Assembly (NCBI GenBank): GCA_951406725.2
Contig: OX597821.1
Span: forward strand, 77,872,001 to 77,936,000
From: Octopus vulgaris
Lineage: Eukaryota
Length of the DNA: 64,000 bases
Direction: 5' to 3'
Part shown: in pieces, positions 52,247 to 64,000 of the stretch
How the letters are laid out: each line of letters opens with the position of its first letter
How positions within the stretch are numbered: position 1 is the first letter of the stretch
Translations under genes and position numbers: made by a program
Notes under the pieces: generated by a model
The model's input: only the letters and a program-made list of their open reading frames with translations
Database searches by the model: none
What the model was told of the DNA's origin: nothing

Positions 52247-52409
52247 TGTGTGTGTGTGTGTGTGTATATATATGTATATATATATACTTTTTTTCACTTC
52301 CCGAGCGTTAAACTAATACATCTGTTTGTTGTCTACACCACCTGTCTTTGTCTTTTGTTTGTTTGTGAATTCTCCACTATATATATATATATAAATATAT
52401 AAATATATA

Positions 52410-52621
52410 TGTTTTGTGTGTCTGTGTTTTCTCCCCAACCATCACTTGACAACCGATGTTGGTATGTTTACGTCCCCGTAACTTAGCAGTTCGGCAAAAG
52501 AGCCGATAGAATAAGTACTAGGCTTACAAAGAATAAGTCCTGCAGTCGATTTGTTCGAATAAAAGAGGTGCTCCAGCATAGCCGCAGTCAATAGACTGAA
52601 ACAAATAAAAGAATAAAAGAA
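52410..52621 (+). mobile_element. SINE family A, 3' half
   Basis: cttgacaaccgatgttgg...gactgaaacaaataaaagaataaaaga. Confidence 0.85.
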
Positions 52622-52645
52622 TACATACTTATGTGTGTGTATTTT

Positions 52646-52726
<81 letters not shown>

Positions 52727-52746
52727 AATATATATGTAGAAAGTGT

Positions 52747-52826
<80 letters not shown>

Positions 52827-54021
52827 TGAAAGATTCTTAACTAAATCTAACTAACCGTATAACAGAAGGAAATTACTATGTTGAATGCAAAAGTTGTCGA
52901 TTGTAGATCAATAAAACCGCCATATTTCAGTAGATACACACACACATATACACACACACTCACACATTTCCCCTCACTCTCTCTCTCTCTCTCTAGCCAC
53001 ACAGAAGAGACAATATCTCATTATCGTCTTGCATAAATTTTTGTATCCCGATCCATCTCAAACTTACTCGTTAAACGCAGTTGCCTGACATTGTTTACGA
53101 GAGCTAATTTTCAGAATCATTTTACAGTCTCTCAATTATTCTTGTGATGAGATTGCACGCTTATATATCGTTACCTTGGAAACCTATCGTATTTCTAGAA
53201 ATGGAATCAGAGTCTATGTTTTTGCTGAATATCTTGCTGTCATTTCATCATTTTCCAGTCGGTGGTTCGCCGGACTGGCTCAATATAATGTGAGAAAACT
53301 CAAATATTTATCATCGTCTGGCCTCAATTAAAAGCGTCTGCTTCGAGCCTTAAGACCCGTCTCGTCTGCTTGTAGAAGATTTTGATAGAAGCAAACGAGG
53401 TGGTCTCTGACTGGACGCTATATCTTTTCAAATAACAGCCAAATATTTTTTCTACTACTCATTCCTTACCGTCTTTTAAAAAATAAAGGAAGACACATTG
53501 GATAAAATAATGTCATCCAATGTACACATACACACACACACACATATATATAATAGGTGCAGGTGTGGCTGTTTAGTAAGAAGCTTGCTTCCCAACCACA
53601 TGATTCCGAATTCCGGTCTTCTGCTGCGTGGGCAAATGTTTTCTACTTTAGCTTCAGGCCGATCGAAGTCTTGTGAATGGATTTGGGTGATGGAAACTGA
53701 AAGAAGCCTTTCACCTATTTTGAATATGCATAAGAAAGCTCCTACTCTATTATATCGGCTACAGCCTTAATGATGCCTACTGACGATACTAGTCTTTTAG
53801 ATTCGCACCAAGCTGTGCCAATGTAAGGATAAATATAATAATAGCAATAATAATCCTGGAGTGGAATTTATAAATAGTTTAATGCATCGCTACACACGTT
53901 TCCACAAATTACATGCTTCTTAAGATCATAGTCCGTATTCTTGGGATGATTACAGAGTAGTCCGTTGTATCCATGGACATGGGGTGGATCATGTTCATGC
54001 ATTCATTTCTTCGGGCGAAAG

Positions 54022-54104
54022 AAAAAAAAACATGATCTACCCGATATCAATGGATACTGCGGACTGCAGTATCCATTGATATCGGGTAGATCATGTTTTT
54101 TTTT
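54022..54104. repeat. Perfect 39-bp-arm hairpin with 5-nt loop
   Basis: aaaaaaaaacatgatctacccgatatcaatggatactgc-ggact-gcagtatccattgatatcgggtagatcatgttttttttt. Confidence 0.95.
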
Positions 54105-54830
54105 CATAGAATTTTACCTTTTCCGCTTTATTTCTATCCCCAAATGGCTTATTTTTTAATATTTAGCACTATGTCTTTCTCCATTTCTAAGTTAAGGGTA
54201 AAAATAAAGCAACCCTGCAAAACACAACTGATCTTTACACATACAGACGCACAGGATAACAGCAATCAAATAACCACAGCGTGCTCACAACAATCATCAG
54301 CGATCTGACTGTCGCCTGTAATCTTGACAAGAGATACCAGTTAGTCTTTTACACCTACTAGACTCGTTCGTATTAGTCCGAGTTGCTGGATAATATTTCG
54401 TTCCTTTAAGAATATTGTTGAACGGAAACTTTTCATAGATTGGAATTTAAATACTAATCTCTATAGAAATTTATTGTTTCAGAAAAACATAGAATTTGAA
54501 TTACTTTTAACTTTTACGATTATAGATAACAACTCGGGTAATTTCTGTAATTTCTGGACCCGAGTCAGGTGAACGATGTCCAGAGAACGTCAGCTACGAA
54601 TGATATTTTTTGACTCAGGGCACTTCTAAGACGACCGCCAGACGCTGAAAATAAATGAACTGCGACCTGGCTCAATAAAAGAGACCCGAGTTACTGGCTG
54701 CAATTACGTACTTGAAGTCAGTGTTCGCAGAAATTAAATCAGCTTGAAAATAACGTTCACTTTACTAAATTTATACTCGGGCTAAACCCGAACAGCTCGA
54801 GTGCCGGAGTCGCCACTGATATATATATAT

Positions 54831-54928
54831 ATCCCTTCATGAGGCAAACATAACTTCTAATTGAATTATATATATATATATATATATATATAATTCAATT
54901 AGAAGTTATGTTTGCCTCATGAAGGGAT
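54831..54928. repeat. Perfect palindrome centred on (TA)n
   Basis: atcccttcatgaggcaaacataacttctaattgaat-(TA)n-attcaattagaagttatgtttgcctcatgaagggat. Confidence 0.95.
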
Positions 54929-55100
54929 GGTTTCATCCAAGGAAATACTGGTTCAATATCTAATATTTTTTGAGGAGAGATTAATATCCATAAAATAATT
55001 GGTTTATATATAAACCATGATTTATATTCAGGCAAATGAATAATAAGAAAATGGAGATATTGAAGTTAATAAGAATTTATTACCATAAAAAAATCGATCA

Positions 55101-55186
55101 TTATCCCTTACAGCTGTTTCAATTAAGCCCAGTGAAGTTAAATAAATATTAAAATATTCCTAAGCATAATCTCTTCAGAGGGATAA
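55101..55186 (-). ncRNA. Type I hammerhead ribozyme motif, best preserved in the window
   Basis: uuaucccu CUGAAGA gauua-u-gcuuag...cugggc-u-uaauu GAAA CAGCUG UA agggauaa: 8-bp helix I, extended helix II, palindromic helix III, GUA site; AAUAAA about 20 nt downstream. Confidence 0.75.
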
Positions 55187-55664
55187 AAAGATATGCCCTT
55201 AGATATTTTGTGTTAGTTTGTAGAATCATCACGGCAGATTGAATAATACTGTTTATGATTAAAGTGGTATATGCCTAGGAGAGGGGTTACATGTCTGTTG
55301 TGGGTAAGATATAGTATGTAAAATATGTAAATATAATTAGGGTAATAAAGAGTAAAGAAACAGAGATTAATGAGTAAATTACAATTTAAATAAAGAACAA
55401 TATGAATGAGGCGAGAAAATAAATTATCACATTTGTAGGTTGCATATAAAATTGAGAAAACCTATCTATATATAAATACACACATTCATGCTAATGCACG
55501 AATATACATTCATCTGTTAATTCAGTGTGTATATATATATATATATATACGCACACACACACGGAATTCAAAATTAGTTACAAACATTTACACGTATACA
55601 CATATATATCGTATCATCTATGCACACAATATATCATCGCACATATGTATATTTACACTTATGT

Positions 55665-55705
<41 letters not shown>

Positions 55706-55741
55706 ACCACACAGACACACGCACACACACACACATATATA

Positions 55742-56195
55742 CTCTTTTACTTGTTTCAGTCATTTGACTGTGGCCATGCCTTTAGTCGAGCATATCGATC
55801 ACAGGACTTATTCTTTGTTAGCCTAGTACTTATTCTATCAGTCTCTTTTGCCGAACCGCTAAGTTACGGGGACATAAACACACCAGCATCGGTTGTCAAG
55901 CAATGTTGTGGGGACAAGCACAGGCACACAAACATGTACACGTACATATACATATATACGACGGGCTTCTTTATGTTCCCGTCTACCAAATCAAATCCAC
56001 TCACAAGGCTTTCGTTGGCCCGAGGTTATAGTAGAAGACTATAGTAGAATCCATGAAAAGTTTCCGTTCTACAATATTCATTAAGGAACGAAAAATTATC
56101 CATCAACTCGGACTAATACGAACGAGTCTAGTGCGACTGAACCCGGAACCATGTGGTTGGTGAGCAAGCTACATACAACACAGCAATTCCTACGC
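55742..56195 (-). mobile_element. SINE family A with an 85-bp foreign insertion
   Basis: Colinear with 9460-9874 except 56040-56132. Confidence 0.85.
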
Positions 56196-56325
56196 CATGC
56201 AAGCATTTATCAGTATTCAACGTTGACTTGTGCGTTTCCATTTACAAAAACTTGCACACACACTCTCACACACATATATATGTGCATATATGCATGCACA
56301 TCTGTATACATAAAAATACACATAA

Positions 56326-56360
<35 letters not shown>

Positions 56361-56592
56361 GTATGTACATATATATATATACATACACGCACATACGCAT
56401 ACATCGATATTTTGCTGATAAGCTCTTATTAACATCAATATCTCCATTATGTTATTTTTCATTTGCATGTATATACATGCATACATGCATACATACATAC
56501 ATACATACATGCACACATACATACATGCACACATACATACATATATATATACATACATTATATATATATATACATACATATATATACAGACA

Positions 56593-56630
<38 letters not shown>

Positions 56631-56672
56631 CATACATACATATATATACAGACATATATATATATACATACA

Positions 56673-56708
<36 letters not shown>

Positions 56709-56720
56709 TACACACACATT

Positions 56721-56772
<52 letters not shown>

Positions 56773-58383
56773 CGTACGTATGTATGTATGTATGTGTGTA
56801 TGTATGTATGTATGTATGTATGTATGTATGTATGTATGTATGTATGTATGTATGTATGTGTGTATGTATGTATGTAGAAAGTAGAAAGTGGAACAGAGGT
56901 TAGGGCAGAAAATGTTAAGCAAGTATGCATATATCTCCGCGTAAGAAACTGTCAGCACTTAAATGCAAAAGTTTTGGTTTTTCGTATTCGAATTAAGTCT
57001 ATGTTAAGAATAAACACTGCTAATGATTTAACCCAAAATATTGTTTTCCATTATATTTACAACCGAATTCGATGCTATATTTATTCTCCACTTACAGATG
57101 TAATTCGTTTTATTCACGATTTGAGAGATGAAAAATGCTATATGTACACTTGTGTTTATATATAGTTTGGGTTATCAGATATATTCGTTCGATTTTTTTT
57201 TCTACAGACATATGTCTGAAAAGAGGTAAAGTTTATTCAATTTCAAAAATGATAAGCAAAAGTGGTAAAAGAAGAATAGGAACCATAAAATACTACGATA
57301 AAAATATTTTTTATCCTTTGTGTTAATTCAAATAACACTGGAAATTGGAAAAAAAAAAAGAAGGGAAAAAAAGGACAAAAACCAATTTTTTACACTACCC
57401 AATATTTACGATTTTAAAACCTATAGTAAGTAAAGGATATAAAGTCATTACTTTCGGAGGTGTCACAAAAATTTCCCATGTCAGGCGAGAGAGCTTTTCT
57501 CACGTCACTCATGATTTCGGAAAGGCGGCAAACATGTTTGAGAAAACTGAAGTCTTCACAAAATACCGAAAATCATTTAGTGTTGACCTCGTCTTTCGTA
57601 GTCTTCGCAGCCGATTAAATCATCAGCAGTAATACCTTAAGGTCGATTCAGTCGACTGCTATATTTTTATTCTGCTTCAATAATTGATTTGCGTCTAAGT
57701 AATTAAAGGAACAATGACAAAGCAAAAATTATATATGAAACTAAGATGTTGTCTATACAATGACAAGTATTTGTATGTACCCCATCCCTACCAAAACAAG
57801 CATAAATATTCTTTTATGTAATTTACACTGAACAATCCGCAGTAAATTATAACGTGTTGAATAATATATGTGCATAAGTCCCAAGCGCTTCCCAGAAAAT
57901 ATAAAAACAAAATGGAGAAAGAAAACTGCTACATCATGTTTGAACAAAAGCGAGGTTTAATATCGTCTATTTTGTTTTTGATGGAAGAGACATTAACACA
58001 TACATACTTACTCATATAATAAAACAAAATTGTTTTTCTCTACGCGTCACTGAGACTTGGAGATTTTGAAAGGAATTAACTTGACAGCTTTTAAAACCTT
58101 TGACTCAGCAACTTTTTATTCTGTTTTATATACGGGTGGATTAACGCCTCAATTTTTTTCTTTTCTTTCTAACATTAAATGGCTTTGTACTGACAACTAT
58201 TCAATACCAGCTCTGTGTCTTTTGTCTTCGGATATATTGGTTCTAAATCGACACAAGTTTACAGACTCACAAGGAACAAGAACCATGTGTATGTGTGTGC
58301 GGGTGTTTATGTTTGTTTGTTTGTGTGTGTGTGTTTATGTTTGTGTGTATGCTAGATAGCGATAGATACAGATAAATAGAGAA

Positions 58384-58516
58384 AACTGGAGATAAACAGA
58401 TAGATAGCTAGCTAAATATATAGACAGACCGATAGATAGATAGATAGATAGATAAGATAGATAAGATAGATAGATAGATAGATAGATAGATAAGTTTCTT
58501 TATTGGCCACAGAAAC

Positions 58517-58604
<88 letters not shown>

Positions 58605-58690
58605 TTATCTATCTATCTTATCTATCTTATCTATCTATCTATCGGTCTGTCTATATATTTAGCTAGCTATCTATCTGTTTATCTCCAGTT
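58384..58690. repeat. Inverted duplication of a (GATA)n tract and its flank
   Basis: aactggagataaacagatagatagctagctaaatatatagacagaccgata mirrored exactly; 11-nt spacer at 58500-58510. Confidence 0.93.
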
Positions 58691-58692
58691 AA

Positions 58693-58739
<47 letters not shown>

Positions 58740-58852
58740 CGTAGATAGATTCGTAGATAATTAGATAAATAGATAGACTGAGAGATAGATACGGAGATAA
58801 TTAGATAGATACGTAGATAATTAGATAGATAAATAGATAGATAGACAGATAA

Positions 58853-58901
<49 letters not shown>

Positions 58902-58919
58902 AAGAGATACGTAGATAAT

Positions 58920-58954
<35 letters not shown>

Positions 58955-60129
58955 GGAGAGAGAGAGAGGAGAGAAAGAGAGATATCATGCCTTTCAAATT
59001 CTTTCAAAAACATATTGATAACCTAAGTAAAGAGATATGATGAGAAACCGAAATTGTAACAGTGTTACCGATCAGGCCAGTCACTTGTTTATTTAAACTA
59101 ATCGACTACTGAAGCCCTTTCGGAGGGAACAGAAGCATCCATACTTGAAAACACGAATTGCTCGTGTTGTTTTCAACATGCTTTCAGAAGTTAACATGCA
59201 ACAAGCAATTTGTTTCATTGCTCCTTTCAAATAACGGTCTTAAGCATGCGATAAACAAAATAAACAAAATGAATGAATTCAATTTAAATTTATCCTTTTA
59301 TAAAAATCGAGGAAAAACCTTAAATCGAAGAGCGGGTTCAAAATACATATTGCCAATAATTATATATGAAATATAATTCGATTAATACAATTAATACATT
59401 AAAAATTAAAATATTTTACAACAGTATATACGCATACTAAACCATCAATATACATATATAACATCGAAATACACAGATGGATATACACAGACTACATACA
59501 TATGCAGACATATATCATATATATGGTAAATACTGTGAGGCCTGATATGAATACATTTACATGGAGTACGAGAAATACAAAATAAAAAATGGAAATATGT
59601 AATTTCTTAACTCTGCAGCAGTTTCCGGAAGCTAGGAGTTACGAAATAATCATAATGATCATAATTATCAGAGGAAATATGCAAGATGTCATGGGTATGT
59701 ACTGGTAACCAGTACTGGTATGTAAGAAACTTTGTCGATAAGCAATGCCCTTTTACATTTTTACCCTTTTTTGTACTCATTGAACCGTTATTTTGTAAAA
59801 TGAAGCCTAAAAGGCATGAAGGCATTCAAGGCACCGTTCCCTTGCATGCATGAAGAAAATCTGACAGTCAAAGTGCATTTTCTGGTTTTGTTCACAAACT
59901 ATACGCGCACAACTGAGTGTGTCAGTGCATGTGATTGGCCAAAGGGTGTTTAATTGAGAGCATTGTTCACCGTTTGGGGAGTCAATGGGAAGAGCTGCAA
60001 TCATCGTGTCACGGACACGCGCGCACGTGCGCACGCAACCGCAAACGCATCTACAGCCCAACATTGCTCGGATTTGAAGCAAAAGGAAAACATATGCCAT
60101 TTCTAGTAACATTTATGATAAAAGCGGCA

Positions 60130-60918
60130 AAAATCGACTAAATCGCCTGAAATCCGCCAACTATTTAACAAAAGTCAGTTTTGTAGGGTTCGCATGGTCG
60201 GTCTCAAAGTGATATGGTTTTGTCGATTTCTCCCAATACTTGTTAACTGCATTGACAAAAGGTCGTTAGTTTGACATTTAATGCAAACTTGATGTCCAAC
60301 ATCGGTGTAGGGAAAATCTATGTGAACTTTCAAAAAATATTACAGAAAAATCGGTTTGCTATGTGTGCCACATATGATGTAATTAACCGATTTTTTCCAG
60401 TAATAACCTATTGGAATCAAAAGGGCCATATAGCTCCTTGGAGCAGACATGATGCTCGCTGTGAATTTCAAAAAAAAATTCCTGCCAATTTGTTAAAGAT
60501 ATTGTCGAAAATATGTCATCTTGAATTTGAACGCGATTTCCCAAAATGGCATGATTTTATCGATTTTTTCTGATGGTAAGGTATTGCATGGAAAACTAAC
60601 GTCAGAATTAAGTTCCTTAGGGTAACATTAAGCTTCACCATGAGTTTGGTGAAAATCGATTGCAAGTTGCGAAAACTACAACGGAAAATGTGTTGCATAT
60701 GATAAGTTTAGATTCTCGACTCCATGTCGAATTTATAGATTTTTTTCAGAACTGGGGGAACTTTCAAAATTTTCGCTGCGTTAGTTTTGAATTATGACAT
60801 TGGGCTATGTGTGTGTCAAGTTTCATCAGAATCGATTGAAAGCTGTGGTCAGGGTGAGGGTACAACCTGACAGACACACACACAGACAGACAAACTGCCT
60901 TTTATATATATAGAGATA
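60130..60918 (+). mobile_element. Probable Helentron-associated (HINE/DINE-like) non-autonomous element
   Basis: Recurrent (a)agttt(c/g)..gaaaatcgattg units, then gacagacacac..acagacaaactgccttttatatatatagagat end. Confidence 0.45.
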
Positions 60919-61254
60919 ATGAACGTAAATATTCTTCAGAACATTTTGTGGGCATTAAATTCTCGAACCATTGACAAGACAGAGAAATTCTCCAATGTGT
61001 TTCCTTTTTACATTTTAGAAACACTCATTACTTACTTTATTTTATTGATAATTTTTCGTCTATATTAAATCTTTATCTTTATAATATATAAATAGGCATT
61101 TCTGCTATCTAAAGGGTACATCGTTATTCAGAAAATTTCTTTATTATGTGAATGATATACATCGAGCCGACCCAACTTCGTTCGACTTAGTTGAATATTT
61201 AACGTCCATAAAATATTCTAAAGAATAATTCTCTTTATTCAAGTGTGTGTGTGT

Positions 61255-61322
<68 letters not shown>

Positions 61323-62332
61323 CTAATACAGTTGTAGATTGGTAACAATCATAAATCAAACCTGTGTATATAGGCATCCCAGCCTCGACCATCCTGTCTC
61401 TGTTTCTTTGTATATAGGTTTACCCAGTCCGGTGTGCCAGTCTAGCTTCAAGGCAAGTGCAGTGTGATTTGATAAAATTTGGCTGCTATTTCTGTTGGTA
61501 AAACGGCCGCCAGACGGCCCTCGTGAGTTATATACATAGACTATTTGTCAACAGTAGCGGCCATTGCTAAGTTAAAGGAAATCTAAGAAAGAGCTTTTTT
61601 TTTGTTGTTGTTTTTTTGGTAGTCATCATATCTTCCAATAAATCTTAAAGGAAGATATCGAAGGACCATGTATTTTATTAACTTCTCGTCATTAACCGTC
61701 ACGAATAGATCAACGAGTGCAACATTTATGGCACAGATATCAATATTATACATATCTATTTTCATTTGAACTAAACTCGCCTATCTAATTTTCAACCAAA
61801 CCTCACTCTGCACCTTCCCCCTCTCTCTCTCTCAACCTGTCTGCCCTCCATTTTATTTCTCTTCAAATGCCATGTCTATAAATGTCAGTTATCATGGACC
61901 TTCATTCCCAAAACCTGAAGATTCATGAATTTCCATGGAAATATACAACTATGGCTTCCGATTGACTTCCGCCAGTTATTTCGTTGATTCAGCTGGTCCC
62001 TCACTCTCCCGAGTTTGCCATTCAAGTACAGAATCTGTTTAACCCTTACGTGATATCAGGACGCCTTAGATTCACACACCGCTGAGCCTAAGACATTCAT
62101 GTCTTTTAGCCAAGCTTACTCCGAGTCTAGTATTCTTTAGCTACAGGTTCAGCTTTTGTTATTTGACCATTAACCAATGCCTTTAACAGGTTCTACTTCG
62201 CCGAGCCAGAGCAGAGTCAGGAATAGTGGGGACTAAGGGGGTACATCTATATTTTCCAAAAATTCGGAATTCCCAAGCTAGAACCTTGCTATCGAATGCA
62301 GTTTGTCTTGCACAGAAGACTCTTCACCCGCT

Positions 62333-62642
62333 GGCACTCCGTCGGTTGTGACGACGAGGTTTCTCCGTTGATCCGATTAACAGAACAACCTTCTCGTGAA
62401 ATTAAGGTGCAAGTGGCTGAGCACTCCATAGACACACGCTTACCTTTTAACATGTACTCTTAACGTAGTTATAAAGGAGATTCAACGTGACGCAGAATAC
62501 GACAAGGCTGGCCCCTTAAATTACTGGTACAACTCATTTTTATTTCCAGACGAGTGGACTGGATGAAAGTGAAATTAAGTGTCTTGTTCAAGGACCTTAC
62601 CATCGTGAGCTGAGTACCCTGACCCCTAAGCCACGCACCTTC
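62333..62642 (-). mobile_element. SINE related to family C
   Basis: gcactccgtcggttgtgacgacgagg..gttgatccgatt..ctcgtgaaattaa..gtggctgagcactcca; head ggtgcgtggcttaggg. Confidence 0.8.
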
Positions 62643-62973
62643 GCATGTTTTCATACTCACACAAACACACACACGCACAACACAAACACACACACAAACA
62701 TGCGCGCACATATACACACACTTATGCACATACACAGAGACAAACATACACATATAGAGCTACACATAAGCACACACGAACCAGTGAGGGAGCATCTGTG
62801 TGGAGGCTGAACTTTAAATTAAAAGGCTAATCTAGTCTTAGACATAATGTGCCTTAATAAATTACTAAATGGTCAGTCATAAATCTGTTTGAAAAGTGTT
62901 ACCCTGGGGCTTAACAACAACAACAACAACAGACCTAGCATGCAAATTGTTCTTAGATCGATTTAAGTCCAAT

Positions 62974-63009
<36 letters not shown>

Positions 63010-63107
63010 GTCTGTGCTTTGAACGTCCAATGCTGGAGCTCAAAGAAAGATCAAATTGAAAATTAGACAAATATCACACGTTCCCCACGATTACCTTCTT
63101 CGAATAC

Positions 63108-63284
63108 AGCCACCACTACCACCATCACCATCACCAGCACCACCAACACCAGCAGCAGCAACAGCAGCAGCACCACCACCACCACCATCACCATCACCAC
63201 CGTCAACTTTACCGCCGCCGCCACCACCACCATTACCACTACAATCATCAGCACTACCACCGACACCTGCACCACCACCTCACC

Positions 63285-63317
<33 letters not shown>

Positions 63318-63318
63318 G
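63108..63318. repeat. (CCA)/(CAG)/(CTA) compound microsatellite
   Basis: Read directly. Confidence 0.92.
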
Positions 63319-64000
63319 CAAATGCTGGGACTAAGATCTTGATCATATTACACTTGAGCACTCTAATTTCTCAATATCAGTTCGGGTTGCTAGTAGAGGG
63401 TCAGTGTACTAAGAAACCCTACCCACTATCTCTACTCCTTCCCTTTCTAGCGATTGGTATACAACCAAACGGACTCACCTCTGATGCGAAATGCAAATGC
63501 GTTAGACTGGATGTTTTATCGCTTGAATTCAGGTGCATGTGCGTACGTGACTTTTTCAACTAGAAAAATGAAGGCATAGTATGCAGATATACATATACAT
63601 ATATATAAAGTTAGAATGAACACACACACACACACACACACACAGCTTACAGGTGTAAAGTAAATGAAGTGTAAAAGTACCTTGACTTCTGATCTTTGTG
63701 GAGAAGAATATCGTTATTTGATTACATTGTACCTAGATGGCCTCTTCCACCACTACGTTCTTCAGCCGGCACATGTTGGGAAATCAATCTGATTATAAAC
63801 GATTTCTCACTATAATGCAAATATTTTGCTGATTTTGTTTAATCATACCTGTTAATTGATCTGTCGGTCAGCCAGTTTGAAATGATAAGTTTCTGAAGTG
63901 ATGAGCTTTCAGGATTTTCGGTGATCTAAAATGACATGCTTTGAAGTTACTCTGTCTAAGATGATATCCTTTGAAGATCTTCTGTTGAATTTTTGTGACG

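Noticed and set aside
61911-61950. CTGAAGA...GAAA hammerhead-like motif
   Set aside because: Helix I does not pair and there is no convincing helix III or cleavage triplet.

Overview
AT-rich, microsatellite-saturated eukaryotic DNA that reads as intergenic or intronic. The SINE, LINE and simple-repeat content resembles an octopus (coleoid cephalopod) genome; this is inference from recalled repeat families, not a search result. No host gene can be confidently assembled; the only candidate is one coding exon at 46369-46654. Nearly all long ORFs in the track are translations of microsatellites or transposon relics. Recognisable elements: a DD37D (maT) Tc1/mariner relic with a full-length hAT/Buster transposon nested in its 5' region; an R4/Dong-like LINE sitting in (TAA)n; RTE, CR1/L2-like, Tx1-like, HERO-like and Penelope (GIY-YIG) fragments; piggyBac and hAT MITEs with target-site duplications (TSDs); and at least four tRNA-derived SINE families. 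The most notable signal is a set of mutually unrelated short non-coding elements, many of them fold-back inverted repeats anchored at microsatellites, that carry type-I hammerhead ribozyme motifs. Two use the U3-A8 compensatory core and several have very long helix II inserts. They look like Penelope pseudo-LTR or retrozyme-like non-autonomous elements. The window also shows several snap-back or templated-duplication scars. All pairings and alignments were done by eye.
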